Shown here: positions 16,379 to 25,347 of the stretch, piece by piece
How positions within the stretch are numbered: the stretch's first letter is position 1
Layout: each line of letters opens with the position of its first letter
Source: a virus
Taxonomy: Duplodnaviria; Caudoviricetes
IMG/VR virus record: IMGVR_UViG_3300021420_000008
Span: 1 to 50,916 of that record
Length of the DNA stretch: 50,916 nt
Direction: 5' to 3' (one strand)
Translations under genes and position numbers: made by a program
The notes under the pieces: generated by a model
What the model saw: the letters and a program-made list of their open reading frames with translations, nothing else
Databases searched by the model: none
What the model was told of the DNA's origin: nothing

Positions 16379-18885
16379 TTACAATCGCCCCACGAAATCC
16401 TCGAGGTCTTGACTCCAACCGGAATCACAAGAGGATCTTCGTAGGGGATTGTAATGCTCGACAGCTTGCGGAGTTTTTCAATGCTTGCGTCATGACGATG
16501 ACTAGGAAATTGCCCTGCGAGGGAGTCGTGCACCTGCAGTAGGACTTCAATCTCTGGTGCCTGCTCCCAGAGGTTCATCCAGGCTCTGTTGATGGCACAA
16601 CCCACTGTGCTCTGAGGTATCCAGGCAAGCCACTCTGGAAGTCCACCTTCGAGTCGATCGAAAATATACCAGCGATAGCCGAATGGATTCTGAACGAATC
16701 TGTGTCGAACAACCCATTCTTCGGTTCTTCGTTGCCATGCCAAGATGCCAGGATGAGCTCCAAACCAGAGAGCTTGTGCTCTCTCGACAGTTGCGACAGT
16801 CTCTCCCAGCTTTGGGGCGAGACCTCTAGCTGTAGCACCATAGTCAGTTGCATGCACGAACCTCTTTGCAAATTCCCGTCCGCCTCGCATCCTGTCGCGA
16901 TAGTCCCAATAACACCTCGGGCCGCAGGAACAGGCCTCTTCCCTGGAGTGACGCTCAATCAGCTCTTCCAGGGGAGGAGCCTCGCGTCCTGCGAGCACAA
17001 AGGCGTTGAGGAGATGAAGATCAACGCCCAAGCGAAGGGCAGCCTGTAGCATGCTATCGCGAGCCTCCCACACGACAACCTGGAGATCCGCTCGGTCGAG
17101 GTCCAGGTCAAAAAATGTGAATCCTGAATCAGGCCCAAACATAGTGCGTATATTCGGGAGCTGGAGCTTGGTTCCCCTCTTTTCAGCCTTGCTAACAGAC
17201 ATCGATTTGTCAGACGGAATGTTCTGGAGATTGGCTCCAGAACCAAAGGCGTTTTCTGAGGAGGACAAACGATAACTATACGGGGCAGATTTTCCACTCG
17301 TAGAGCCTCCGATGTTGTAAGAGCAGCGCATTCGATTATCAACGTCCAGCCGCTTGGTGAGCATTTCCATGAACTTGCCCAGCGTGCGGAGGTCAGCAAT
17401 CGCGTCGGTGAGGGGCTTCAGCAGGGGCTCCCGCTCCCCGATCTTGGTCAGCGCCTCATCGTTGCAGGTGACGTGAGCGGGCGCATTCTTCGTCGCTCGG
17501 GTCATAATCGCAGGCTGGGCGAAGTCGCGATAAAAGAGCGTCGTCATCTGCGGGTAGGAGCCGATGTTCAGCTCGTGGCCGAGGACCTCATGCAGCATGC
17601 CCTGGCCCGAAGCGATCGCCTCTTGTGTCTCCATAATTAGCTTATCTCGCTGTTCCGTCCTGACACGGATTCCGCGGAGCATCGCTTTGAGAACGGGGTA
17701 AAAGAGACGCTGCTGAAAATCGTGCACTTCCCCCAGGCCGAGTTTTTCGACGGAGCGAAGCTCGGCCTCCCCGCATTCTCGGGTGTAGACGCAGTCTTCG
17801 AGGTTATAACTCCAAAGCTGCTCTTCCCCCATCTTTGGATCCCAGTTCTTCCCCTCATCCTTCCAGTAGACATAGTGCCGTGCGTACATCGAGGCCTGGA
17901 AGTACAGGGCCTTGGGGAGCTGGCAAAACAGAGTGTGCTGCGAGATCATCGTGTCCTGGACACCGTGCGGGATAAAGTGCCAGTGGCGATGAATGTACTG
18001 CGCATCATAGAGGCCGTTCTGCCATCTCACCTTCACCCGAGGATTAGTAAGTAGCCGGAAGAGGAGCCAGATGATATGAGCTTCCTCGTCGAGAGACCAA
18101 TATCCTGAAGCTCGCTCGACGCACATGAAGGGTATTGACACTCCTTCTGTGAGGCTCCAGGACAGCCCACAACAGGCAATGTGACCAGCCCTGGTTTCAA
18201 GGTCGAGTTCGATCCACAGATCATCAGTCTGGGCTCGATCAATAAGTGCTTGAAGAGTCTGCACTGTTTGATTGAAGGTCGGCCGGATGAGGAATCGCCA
18301 CGAGGGTTTGTCATAGGTTCTTGTCTCACTTTCTCTCCGCGCGCGGCGAAGGTCGCTTACAGCAATGGCTCGCTGATCCCACTGACGCAAGATGGCAGCG
18401 GGGTGGATGGTAGGGATTAGCTTGGGAGAGTCGGCTCCGTCGAGCTGGAGGTGGCTGCCGCGCCACTTCATAATCCCCTTGCGGCCCGTTAGCGCCCAGA
18501 GGGGGTAGCCCCCGCAGCCGACAATGAGGTTAGGCTTAACAGCGGCAATTTCCTGCTTCAGATGCTCAAGCCCAGCGATGAACAGCGGCGCGACCTTGGT
18601 GTCGCGGAAGGGGATGAAATCCTTGGGACAATCCCGTCCCTTCCAGTACTTGGCCTTCTTGTCGAAGATCCAGGCTGCGAGTTCATTCTCTGGCGGGCGA
18701 GCGTTTACTAAGTTGCTGACGTAGATGTCGGAGCGCATCATGCCAGCCTCTTGAAGCATGCGATTCAGCTCCAGACCAGAGGCGCCGACGAAGGGGATGC
18801 CTTTGCGCTCCTCCTCCGCGCCCCAGGCTTCGCCGACGAGCATCACCTTCGCGGGGATTGGGCCGTCGCCAGAGCGGAGATGCAT
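16375..18885 (-). CDS. polA: family A DNA polymerase with N-terminal uracil-DNA glycosylase-like domain and 3'-5' exonuclease
   Basis: UDG: VMLVGEAWG, PFVGASG, TIHPAAILR; Exo: LDLET, QNGLYD, YNLED; Pol: RLSSS, NLQNIP, motif A DLDRADLQ, motif B AKRFVHATDYG, motif C LQVHDSL. Confidence 0.92.
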   Translation of the reverse strand: MHLRSGDGPIPAKVMLVGEAWGAEEERKGIPFVGASGLELNRMLQEAGMMRSDIYVSNLVNARPPENELAAWIFDKKAKYWKGRDCPKDFIPFRDTKVAPLFIAGLEHLKQEIAAVKPNLIVGCGGYPLWALTGRKGIMKWRGSHLQLDGADSPKLIPTIHPAAILRQWDQRAIAVSDLRRARRESETRTYDKPSWRFLIRPTFNQTVQTLQALIDRAQTDDLWIELDLETRAGHIACCGLSWSLTEGVSIPFMCVERASGYWSLDEEAHIIWLLFRLLTNPRVKVRWQNGLYDAQYIHRHWHFIPHGVQDTMISQHTLFCQLPKALYFQASMYARHYVYWKDEGKNWDPKMGEEQLWSYNLEDCVYTRECGEAELRSVEKLGLGEVHDFQQRLFYPVLKAMLRGIRVRTEQRDKLIMETQEAIASGQGMLHEVLGHELNIGSYPQMTTLFYRDFAQPAIMTRATKNAPAHVTCNDEALTKIGEREPLLKPLTDAIADLRTLGKFMEMLTKRLDVDNRMRCSYNIGGSTSGKSAPYSYRLSSSENAFGSGANLQNIPSDKSMSVSKAEKRGTKLQLPNIRTMFGPDSGFTFFDLDLDRADLQVVVWEARDSMLQAALRLGVDLHLLNAFVLAGREAPPLEELIERHSREEACSCGPRCYWDYRDRMRGGREFAKRFVHATDYGATARGLAPKLGETVATVERAQALWFGAHPGILAWQRRTEEWVVRHRFVQNPFGYRWYIFDRLEGGLPEWLAWIPQSTVGCAINRAWMNLWEQAPEIEVLLQVHDSLAGQFPSHRHDASIEKLRKLSSITIPYEDPLVIPVGVKTSRISWGDCK

Positions 18886-18886
18886 G

Positions 18887-19051
18887 TTAGTGCCTGTAGC
18901 CCCAGGTTACCGTGGCGGTGATAGCGAGGGCCGAGAGCCAATAACAGCAATCGGCCCACCTGCGTCCGTAGGCCCACCAGAGAGCATTCGTGAGGTACAA
19001 GCTCATAATGACGTAGTTGAACAGCTTCGGATTGTTAAGAATGAAGCTCAC
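18887..19051 (-). CDS. small membrane protein
   Basis: GTG 19051 overlaps the upstream stop; two hydrophobic segments. Confidence 0.55.
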   Translation of the reverse strand: MSFILNNPKLFNYVIMSLYLTNALWWAYGRRWADCCYWLSALAITATVTWGYRH

Positions 19052-19452
19052 GGCTTCCTCGGCGGCAGGGCGTCGATGGTTGCAATGTAGGGATCCCACG
19101 CTACGTGCAATTTGCGGGCGAGGTCTCGCTCCACCACTGTGGCTGCCATGTGCTCTCGATGATAAGGCGCAAGGGGATCAATCCCTGGATCGTTCGGGAA
19201 CTTCCCATCGTAGCCGATGTCGAAAGCATCCACCATCTCAGGAGTGATTCCGCGCTCGCAACAGAGAATCATCTCGATCAGCTCGTGCACCGCAATCAGG
19301 GCGTTGTAACGAGGATCGCCGAGATCGCTGACGGTGATGTGCCAAACTCCCTCTGGATCTGGCCACCAATCACCTGCGGTGTCGTAGCGTTGTTCGTAGT
19401 GGGAGATGATCTTGATGGTGATCTTCGAGAAGGGCTTCAATTCCGCCTCCAA
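19048..19452 (-). CDS. hypothetical metal-binding protein (HELIE motif); start may be TTG 19440
   Basis: HExxE and PYHREH motifs; GGAGG RBS upstream of TTG 19440. Confidence 0.55.
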   Translation of the reverse strand: MEAELKPFSKITIKIISHYEQRYDTAGDWWPDPEGVWHITVSDLGDPRYNALIAVHELIEMILCCERGITPEMVDAFDIGYDGKFPNDPGIDPLAPYHREHMAATVVERDLARKLHVAWDPYIATIDALPPRKP

Positions 19453-19853
19453 TCACCTTCTCTACGCGCCTGCCGATTGTCTAGTATTACTTCCCTATTC
19501 TTGTAATAATTAGCTGTAGCGCATGCTTTGTGATAGAAGTAATCTCCCTTTCCTGCATATGCTCCTTTGCGCTTTACTTGACTCATCGTTGCAGGATTAC
19601 ACCAAACCTTACAGAGATAACATTTGCGATAGTCAGGATTACCGCTGGCCAGGAGCGCTTCTGTTCTTGTGTGTAGAAGAAAATGATATTTCTGATCAGG
19701 ACAGATCACCAAGTTATTGTTCGTGTTCGCCGGATCTAGGTCTATATGATGCACTTGTTCACTCCCTTTCAGTTCTCGTCCTAGAGCCTTTTCTGCTAAA
19801 TAGCGATGCAGTGTATTGCCGTGACCGCCTGTTTTCGGGTATACGTAAGTCAT
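19437..19853 (-). CDS. HNH homing endonuclease
   Basis: LHRYLAEKALGREL..QVHHIDLDPANTNNNLVIC..H motif; AT-richer than its flanks. Confidence 0.85.
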   Translation of the reverse strand: MTYVYPKTGGHGNTLHRYLAEKALGRELKGSEQVHHIDLDPANTNNNLVICPDQKYHFLLHTRTEALLASGNPDYRKCYLCKVWCNPATMSQVKRKGAYAGKGDYFYHKACATANYYKNREVILDNRQARREGDWRRN

Positions 19854-21175
19854 TTCAGCCCCATTAGTCTTTTCAATGCTATTCCGTAAGATGCTTGATC
19901 TTTCTCAATAGCTGTAGCGAACAGCTTAAGGCTGTGTGCTGCAGCAAGGATAGTACCTGTACCACAGAATGGATCTAGTACTCTGTCACCTGGCAGACAA
20001 CTACGGCCGAGTAAATCAGCGAATAACGCAACTGGTTTTTGTGCGGCGTGACCGAGGTTGTCGTCAGGAGGGAAGGTGAGGACGTCGCCCTGGAGGAGAT
20101 TGCACGTCCGGGAGCCCTTCAGGGCGTAGAGAATCAGCTCATACTTCCTTTGCGGCCCCATCTGCGGCCAGGGAGCACGCATCCCGAGGGGCTTATACCA
20201 GACCAAGGGCGTGCGGAAGGGCTTCCAGCCCACACGCTGGAAGGCGTCCTTGAGCCAGCAGAACCAGTCGATGTCACAGAACATGTACAGGTGCGCATCG
20301 GGCTTGGCCACGAGGAACGATAGTTCCGCGAAGCGGGTGAATAGGGTTGCGGCTTCCTGCGGATCATCCGCATAGCCGTGGGGGAGATTGCTCATCCCTC
20401 CGCTGTCTCCGTACTCGTCCGCCCCGATCCCGTAGGGAGGATCAGTGAGGATGCAGGCGAACTGGTCCGGCGCCGCTTCCGAGAGCCAGCGGATGGCGTC
20501 GATGTGCAGGAGGGAGTGAGAATGCCTTCCGTAGGTCGGACCCATCTGCTTGGCCACCTCCGTCGCCCTGGCAGCGACCTCCTTGCGCTGGATCAGCTTG
20601 AACGCTGGCCTCAGGCCGCCTGCATCGCGGACCTCGGGATCGTCCAGATAGCGGGAGACGATTAGCTCCATTCGAGCTGTCTGTTGCGCGACTCCGATCT
20701 CGTTCTCGGTTGCGACAGCGAGGGGGTCGATGTAGCGCTCGATGCCGATTTCCTTACTCCCTGGTTCTGGCATTCCAGCTGCCTTGGCTTGAAGTCCTCG
20801 CAAGCGAGCGAGCAGGGCGGTGGCTTCTGCCTTCTCCACCCAGGTCAGATCGGTGCGAATGCAGTTCTCATCGTACTCGCACTGCAAGGCTTCCAGCGGC
20901 TCTAGCTCCCCCAGCTCAACACAGGGCGCCGCACCGAGGACGATCTTGCCCTCAAAGCTGTAACCCATCCCCAACTCAGTCATGTCCCGCAGGACGCGGA
21001 GGCGGCGCTCGCCTGACACGAGGGTGGTTGACCCGTTGAGCTGGCGGACGACCAGCGGAAGCTGAAGGCCGATCTGCTCGATGGAGGCCTGGAGTTCCTG
21101 GAGCGCCTCCGGCTTGAACTCCCTCCGCTGGCGATTTTCGGGGACCTGGATGTTGGCGATTGGTATTAGCTGCAA
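19850..21175 (-). CDS. ParB-like domain fused to N6/N4 DNA methyltransferase (beta class)
   Basis: ParB: RQRREF..LQASIEQIGLQLPLVV..LVSGERRLR; MTase: TDPPYG, HAAQKP, VLDPFCGTG. Confidence 0.88.
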   Translation of the reverse strand: MQLIPIANIQVPENRQRREFKPEALQELQASIEQIGLQLPLVVRQLNGSTTLVSGERRLRVLRDMTELGMGYSFEGKIVLGAAPCVELGELEPLEALQCEYDENCIRTDLTWVEKAEATALLARLRGLQAKAAGMPEPGSKEIGIERYIDPLAVATENEIGVAQQTARMELIVSRYLDDPEVRDAGGLRPAFKLIQRKEVAARATEVAKQMGPTYGRHSHSLLHIDAIRWLSEAAPDQFACILTDPPYGIGADEYGDSGGMSNLPHGYADDPQEAATLFTRFAELSFLVAKPDAHLYMFCDIDWFCWLKDAFQRVGWKPFRTPLVWYKPLGMRAPWPQMGPQRKYELILYALKGSRTCNLLQGDVLTFPPDDNLGHAAQKPVALFADLLGRSCLPGDRVLDPFCGTGTILAAAHSLKLFATAIEKDQASYGIALKRLMGLK

Positions 21176-21254
21176 CGTATGCTCCTCGAAAGGGCCGGGA
21201 TTTTGGTTAGGCTCCCGGCGGACCTAGCAACTGCCGACGGTCAAGCCGCCAGCT

Positions 21255-21746
21255 TCAGGGTTTTGCAACCCCTTGGATCTCGTCGAAGATTTCTCCAGCT
21301 GAGGGCCCTTCCTCCGCAATGCGGTGGCCGATCTTCACCTTTACGACCTTCCCGCCGAGCATGCGGGGGTTGAAGGGCTGACCTGGAGTATTGAGATCCG
21401 TCGCCTCCCGCCACCGCCGCAGGGAGGGATTCTTCCCCACGCCGTAATCTATGCCCCCTTGGGGAGTCGTCTCCACCATGATGCTGTCATTCATCGTCAC
21501 AGTGGTCTGGGGGAGCTTCAGCTCCTCTTGGATGTGCAGGGGCACCTCGAGCGTCAGCGGGACGTCGAAGGCGATTCCTGCCTTGATTTTCGCATCTTGC
21601 TTCTTCGAGGTCCATTGGCGGGCCTTTAGCTCACCTGTAACTGCGGTATAATCCCCGGGAGGCAGCGGGGGCCTGCGGACGGATTGCTCGGTGGTAGTTG
21701 CATCGAGAAAAGAGGAAGGGTCAAAGCTTGAAAGTGAGTCGTTCAT
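21255..21746 (-). CDS. putative single-stranded DNA-binding protein (DUF669-like)
   Basis: AAGGAG RBS before ATG 21746; PLPPGDY N-terminal motif; follows the AAA ATPase. Confidence 0.55.
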   Translation of the reverse strand: MNDSLSSFDPSSFLDATTTEQSVRRPPLPPGDYTAVTGELKARQWTSKKQDAKIKAGIAFDVPLTLEVPLHIQEELKLPQTTVTMNDSIMVETTPQGGIDYGVGKNPSLRRWREATDLNTPGQPFNPRMLGGKVVKVKIGHRIAEEGPSAGEIFDEIQGVAKP

Positions 21747-21823
21747 CTTGGCTCCTTGAAAGCTGATTGTGGCTCTTGTGCTAGGACTGGCCCACGCCAC
21801 CTCGAAGGGCCAGAACACTGCGA

Positions 21824-21886
21824 TTAAAGGGATTCCCATAGCGTGCGGAGGAGGATCCAGACGCAGAGCAACAGCACCGCTGTCAC
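21824..21886 (-). CDS. 20-aa hydrophobic micropeptide (MTAVLLLCVWILLRTLWESL)
   Basis: GTGA overlap with the ATPase stop; purine-rich RBS. Confidence 0.35.
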   Translation of the reverse strand: MTAVLLLCVWILLRTLWESL

Positions 21887-22776
21887 TTCCCTCCCCTCGC
21901 CTGCCACTTGTCCATTACCTGGGCAAAGTCCGCGGGCAGCTTGCTGGCGATGGGCAGATTCCTCGCTTTGGTGTCGATGTTCGAGGCAGCGGTGTCCCAA
22001 TAGAAATCCCTACCCTCGCGGAGGGAGTAGATCACGTCGCTGAATAGGGGCGGGATGTCATCCGCAATGGCTGTGCCGAGGGACTTGGTCATCGTCTTCG
22101 TTGTGCCTGTGAGGAAGTCAGTCTGCCTCCGCACATGTGCTGTCATCACTACCGTACACTGACAGGTGATCAGCTTGCGGAGGAAGTTCAGCAGATTGTT
22201 CTGTGCAACCAGGTACTCATTCTGAGCCATCATCGGCTTGTTGCCGATGGTCATCTTTTCAGCCGCTGCCGCGAGTTCGCTTAGAGAGTCGAGCATGAAG
22301 ATCTTGTCCGTCCCCCACTTATCAATCGCTCCAAATTTCTTGCCTGTGCGATCGTCGGGGAAGTCCGTGCAGGTCGCCAGGACGTGCCAGAATGAATTGT
22401 TCGCTCCCGCTCGCGTGCCGTCGATCAGCTTGGTGAGGGACTCGTAGCTGAGTTTCGCTACGTTATCCGCTCCGGTCATCAAGGATTGGAAACTGAGCGG
22501 TGCGATAGGCTGCATGTGCCAGTGGAGACAGTCCGGGATGGGCCTCGGCTCCCGGCGCTTGGGATCGTTGGGATCTGTATCCCGCCAATAGCCCATCAAG
22601 GTTTCGAGGCTCTGTTCGAGGAAGAGAATGAAGACCTCCTTCCCATGCGCTTGAGCCCAATCGACCATCGTAGCGAGCGCATAAGTCTTCCCTGATCCGG
22701 CGGGGCCTTCGAGCAGCTCCTTCGGACCGGCGAGAGTAGGTTCTGGTATCGATATTGGTACCGCTGCTAGAGTCAT
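21883..22776 (-). CDS. AAA_24 / Sak4-like ATPase (recombination)
   Basis: Walker A GPAGSGKT, Walker B FMLDSLS, VVMTAH. Confidence 0.75.
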   Translation of the reverse strand: MTLAAVPISIPEPTLAGPKELLEGPAGSGKTYALATMVDWAQAHGKEVFILFLEQSLETLMGYWRDTDPNDPKRREPRPIPDCLHWHMQPIAPLSFQSLMTGADNVAKLSYESLTKLIDGTRAGANNSFWHVLATCTDFPDDRTGKKFGAIDKWGTDKIFMLDSLSELAAAAEKMTIGNKPMMAQNEYLVAQNNLLNFLRKLITCQCTVVMTAHVRRQTDFLTGTTKTMTKSLGTAIADDIPPLFSDVIYSLREGRDFYWDTAASNIDTKARNLPIASKLPADFAQVMDKWQARGGK

Positions 22777-22845
22777 CGCTTCCTCCCTCGGATCGCTGCC
22801 TTGCGAGCAGGAGGCTGGCCCAGCGCCGCGAGGCGGCGGGAGGCA

Positions 22846-23124
22846 TCAGCCAGCTTCTGGACCGGTTTCGGTTTCGGTTTCTTCTTCACTCTGTCGCTCC
22901 CTGGCTCGTAAGCCTGCTGCATAACCTTGATCATAACCATCGCGAAAGCCAGCATCCCGGCCCTCGCGTATACCGTCCAGCTTCCCGTTGATGAATCCTG
23001 TGTCATAAGCCATCTGCCTCACATGCGATGTTGCGATCTCCCCCGCTGCCTCGGCGTCAGCGAAAAATTGTTCAAAGGCCATCAGGTAGTTGCGGAGCTT
23101 CGGAATCTGCCTGGGATCGATCAT
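22846..23124 (-). CDS. hypothetical protein with GxxxG repeats
   Basis: AYDTGFINGKLDGIREGRDAGFRDGYDQGYAAG. Confidence 0.55.
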   Translation of the reverse strand: MIDPRQIPKLRNYLMAFEQFFADAEAAGEIATSHVRQMAYDTGFINGKLDGIREGRDAGFRDGYDQGYAAGLRARERQSEEETETETGPEAG

Positions 23125-23133
23125 CTCAGTGCC

Positions 23134-23367
23134 TCAATAAAGCGTTCCGTCATCGGCGAGAGTGCCTTTCAACAGTCCCTTCTTATCCGCAATCCACCTC
23201 GTTATCACGAGCCAGTCCTGCCCTTGCCCCATTCGGTGGATGGCCTCCGTTTGGCTCAAGGGAATCCAGACCAGCTCCCCGGAATCGAGCGCGACCTGGA
23301 TCGCCGCCTCGGTCTCCCGGACGATGGTGACGTTCTTGAGGTCGAAGACTTCATGTATTCTTGCCAT
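23134..23367 (-). CDS. hypothetical protein
   Basis: ETEAAI..WIPLSQ..WIADKKG small phage-type protein; start at MARIHE is inferred. Confidence 0.55.
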   Translation of the reverse strand: MARIHEVFDLKNVTIVRETEAAIQVALDSGELVWIPLSQTEAIHRMGQGQDWLVITRWIADKKGLLKGTLADDGTLY

Positions 23368-23719
23368 AGGGTGCCTTCCCCACCAGTCCATGCTTGGCCT
23401 TGAAGATCACCAGAAAGCGCTCCAGTTCTGCATTGAGCTGACTCATCCGCTTCATGTCATTCTCTGTTGGATCGTGCCCTGGATCGAGGAAGCTCATCAC
23501 GCTGGAGAAGAGATGCATCGCTCCGGAGAAGAAAGCGATGCGGCATTCATCTCGCTGGATTTGCGGTGCTTCTGGAGAGAGTACCAGGCGTTCGTAGCTG
23601 ACCCAACCCGCTTCCATCAACAAGCCACGATCGGCTAGCTCCTTGGTGACGACATCGGTCAGAGCCTTGAGTTTCGGATCAATCACAGCAACGTCTCCTT
23701 CCGTGTGAGCGGATCCCAC
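23351..23719 (-). CDS. hypothetical protein
   Basis: CRIAFFSGA motif; true start is probably near 23686. Confidence 0.5.
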   Translation of the reverse strand: MGSAHTEGDVAVIDPKLKALTDVVTKELADRGLLMEAGWVSYERLVLSPEAPQIQRDECRIAFFSGAMHLFSSVMSFLDPGHDPTENDMKRMSQLNAELERFLVIFKAKHGLVGKAPYGKNT

Positions 23720-24588
23720 TTCCGCTTTTCGAAGTCGATCTCCAGCCAGGGCTGGGCGTCCTCACTCATGCAGACCTTGCGGAACATACACCCCCCGAAG
23801 GCCGAGCATGCATCATCCAGATTGTAGTCCCAGTATCCCTCCTTCCAGCACTGGATCATCCGCTCGATGTCCCGCACAACCTGCTTGAGCCATCTGTCGA
23901 TCATGAACTGCGGCCGGTAGGTCAGTGCCTGAAGAGTGTCATACTTAGTCTTGAGAACGCTGATTCCGCGGATAAGAAATCCCTGAATTGGGATACCTGC
24001 CTGTTGGCAGCCCCAGCAATATCCGGTGAACTGGGCACGGAGATCCCACTGACGGGGCCAGGTGGCGCCGAGCTGGGTTGTGGTCTTATCATCTTCGCCG
24101 TAGACTGCGCCGGCAAATTCCGTGACTTGATCCATCCGGCCGCAGTAGATGATTGGACTGAGTGTCTGGGGATGGAGGAGCGGAAGCGGTTCTGCGAAGG
24201 AGAACTCAATCCCCTTGCGATCGGGGCCGATCTGGCTGGGGATCGCCGTCTCTTCGGCGAGGGGGTAACGGTCAAGGTAGTACTCCAGTGCGCCCATCAT
24301 TCGGGTAAGGGACTTCGGGGAGTCATCCGGACATTGGAAGTCACCGTATTCTTCGAGGAGAGCCTTCATTCCCTTCGCCGCTGCGGTGTTTGGATCCTCG
24401 CCCTGTTCGAAGAAGGACTTGCGGGCGACTTCCAGACCCTTGGCATAGGCCCCTCCGGCGTGGAGGTGGACGTTGGGTGTGCGAGGTTTCCAGTGCAGGA
24501 GATGCTCCAGATAAAATTTTTGCGGACAACTCACGAAGGTTGAGCGGAGTGTGTTATCGATCACTTCGGGAAAAGGGAGCGCTGTCAT
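23683..24588 (-). CDS. PD-(D/E)XK Cas4/AddB-like exonuclease
   Basis: SCPQKF, GRMD, EDDKTT, AQFTGY and C-terminal CSAFGGCMFRKVC Fe-S-type cysteines; ATG 24588 with GGAG RBS. Confidence 0.85.
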   Translation of the reverse strand: MTALPFPEVIDNTLRSTFVSCPQKFYLEHLLHWKPRTPNVHLHAGGAYAKGLEVARKSFFEQGEDPNTAAAKGMKALLEEYGDFQCPDDSPKSLTRMMGALEYYLDRYPLAEETAIPSQIGPDRKGIEFSFAEPLPLLHPQTLSPIIYCGRMDQVTEFAGAVYGEDDKTTTQLGATWPRQWDLRAQFTGYCWGCQQAGIPIQGFLIRGISVLKTKYDTLQALTYRPQFMIDRWLKQVVRDIERMIQCWKEGYWDYNLDDACSAFGGCMFRKVCMSEDAQPWLEIDFEKRKWDPLTRKETLL

Positions 24589-24764
24589 TTTGCTGCTCCT
24601 AATTGTGCTTCCAGCTCCTTGATCCGTGCCTCGGCTACGGCGAGGTCGCACATCGGTATTGTGTAGGCTGGTGGGTCGTTAAAGCGACCGAAGTCCTCAT
24701 ACCCTCGCACCGAGATACACCAGCCTTCAGCGTTGCGCCAGCCTGTGATGGGGAGATCGGTCAT
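24585..24764 (-). CDS. hypothetical protein
   Basis: ATGA overlaps on both sides; C-terminal coiled coil. Confidence 0.45.
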   Translation of the reverse strand: MTDLPITGWRNAEGWCISVRGYEDFGRFNDPPAYTIPMCDLAVAEARIKELEAQLGAAK

Positions 24765-24997
24765 TGCGACTCCATCGGCCGCCACTCCCCGCACCACAGC
24801 CTCGGTTCCGTATTCGGCCACCCTCCGCAAGCAGTAGGCTGGAGACTGATCCCCTTGGGATCGAGGACATTCTGCTGCTGGGGCAACACCAACCACTGGA
24901 GCTGCGGCGGATGGCGCAAGCAGACGTAGCCGGCGCCGAGATCCTGGGGCCGGCCGACGTAATAGCAGTTCGAGCAGGCTTGCGCGGAGCGATTCAC
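24761..24997 (-). CDS. small Cys-rich protein
   Basis: CSNC..CLRHPP..WP...WCGEW pattern. Confidence 0.55.
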   Translation of the reverse strand: MNRSAQACSNCYYVGRPQDLGAGYVCLRHPPQLQWLVLPQQQNVLDPKGISLQPTACGGWPNTEPRLWCGEWRPMESQ

Positions 24998-25296
24998 AGG
25001 TTGGCCTCGATCCAGTCAGCAATTTCGGCGAAGGAGCGACCGCTGTCGTTCATCGAGGCGATGTACTGAGCATTCTTGGGCGACAGTACCCAGTGAAAAC
25101 AATGCGGGCTCACACCGAGGACGTACTGCAATAGCCCCAGCGCGCAGAACCGATTCGCGCCGGTTGTGAGGGCGCCTTTAACCTGAACGAAGTTCCCTTG
25201 GCGGAGCACGCGGAGCCATTCCAGCTTCATCGTTTCCGGCATCGCGTGTGCGGGCTGAGCTTCGGCGAACAGTACTGGCTCGTTCATGTTAGACAT
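24994..25296 (-). CDS. hypothetical protein
   Basis: FCALGLL...MNDSGRSFAEIADWIEANL; GAGGAG RBS. Confidence 0.6.
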   Translation of the reverse strand: MSNMNEPVLFAEAQPAHAMPETMKLEWLRVLRQGNFVQVKGALTTGANRFCALGLLQYVLGVSPHCFHWVLSPKNAQYIASMNDSGRSFAEIADWIEANL

Positions 25297-25347
25297 CTTC
25301 TTCTCCTCTGCTGGTTGTAATCGGCCCCCTCGCGAGGGCCGCTTGGA

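Noticed and set aside
21179-21254. Two hairpins between the SSB and ParB-MTase genes as a tRNA or ncRNA
   Set aside because: No cloverleaf or T-loop consensus; more likely a weak terminator or processing stem
23683-24588. Cas4-like nuclease as part of a CRISPR system
   Set aside because: No repeat-spacer array or other cas genes; it sits with the Sak4-like ATPase and SSB as a recombination module
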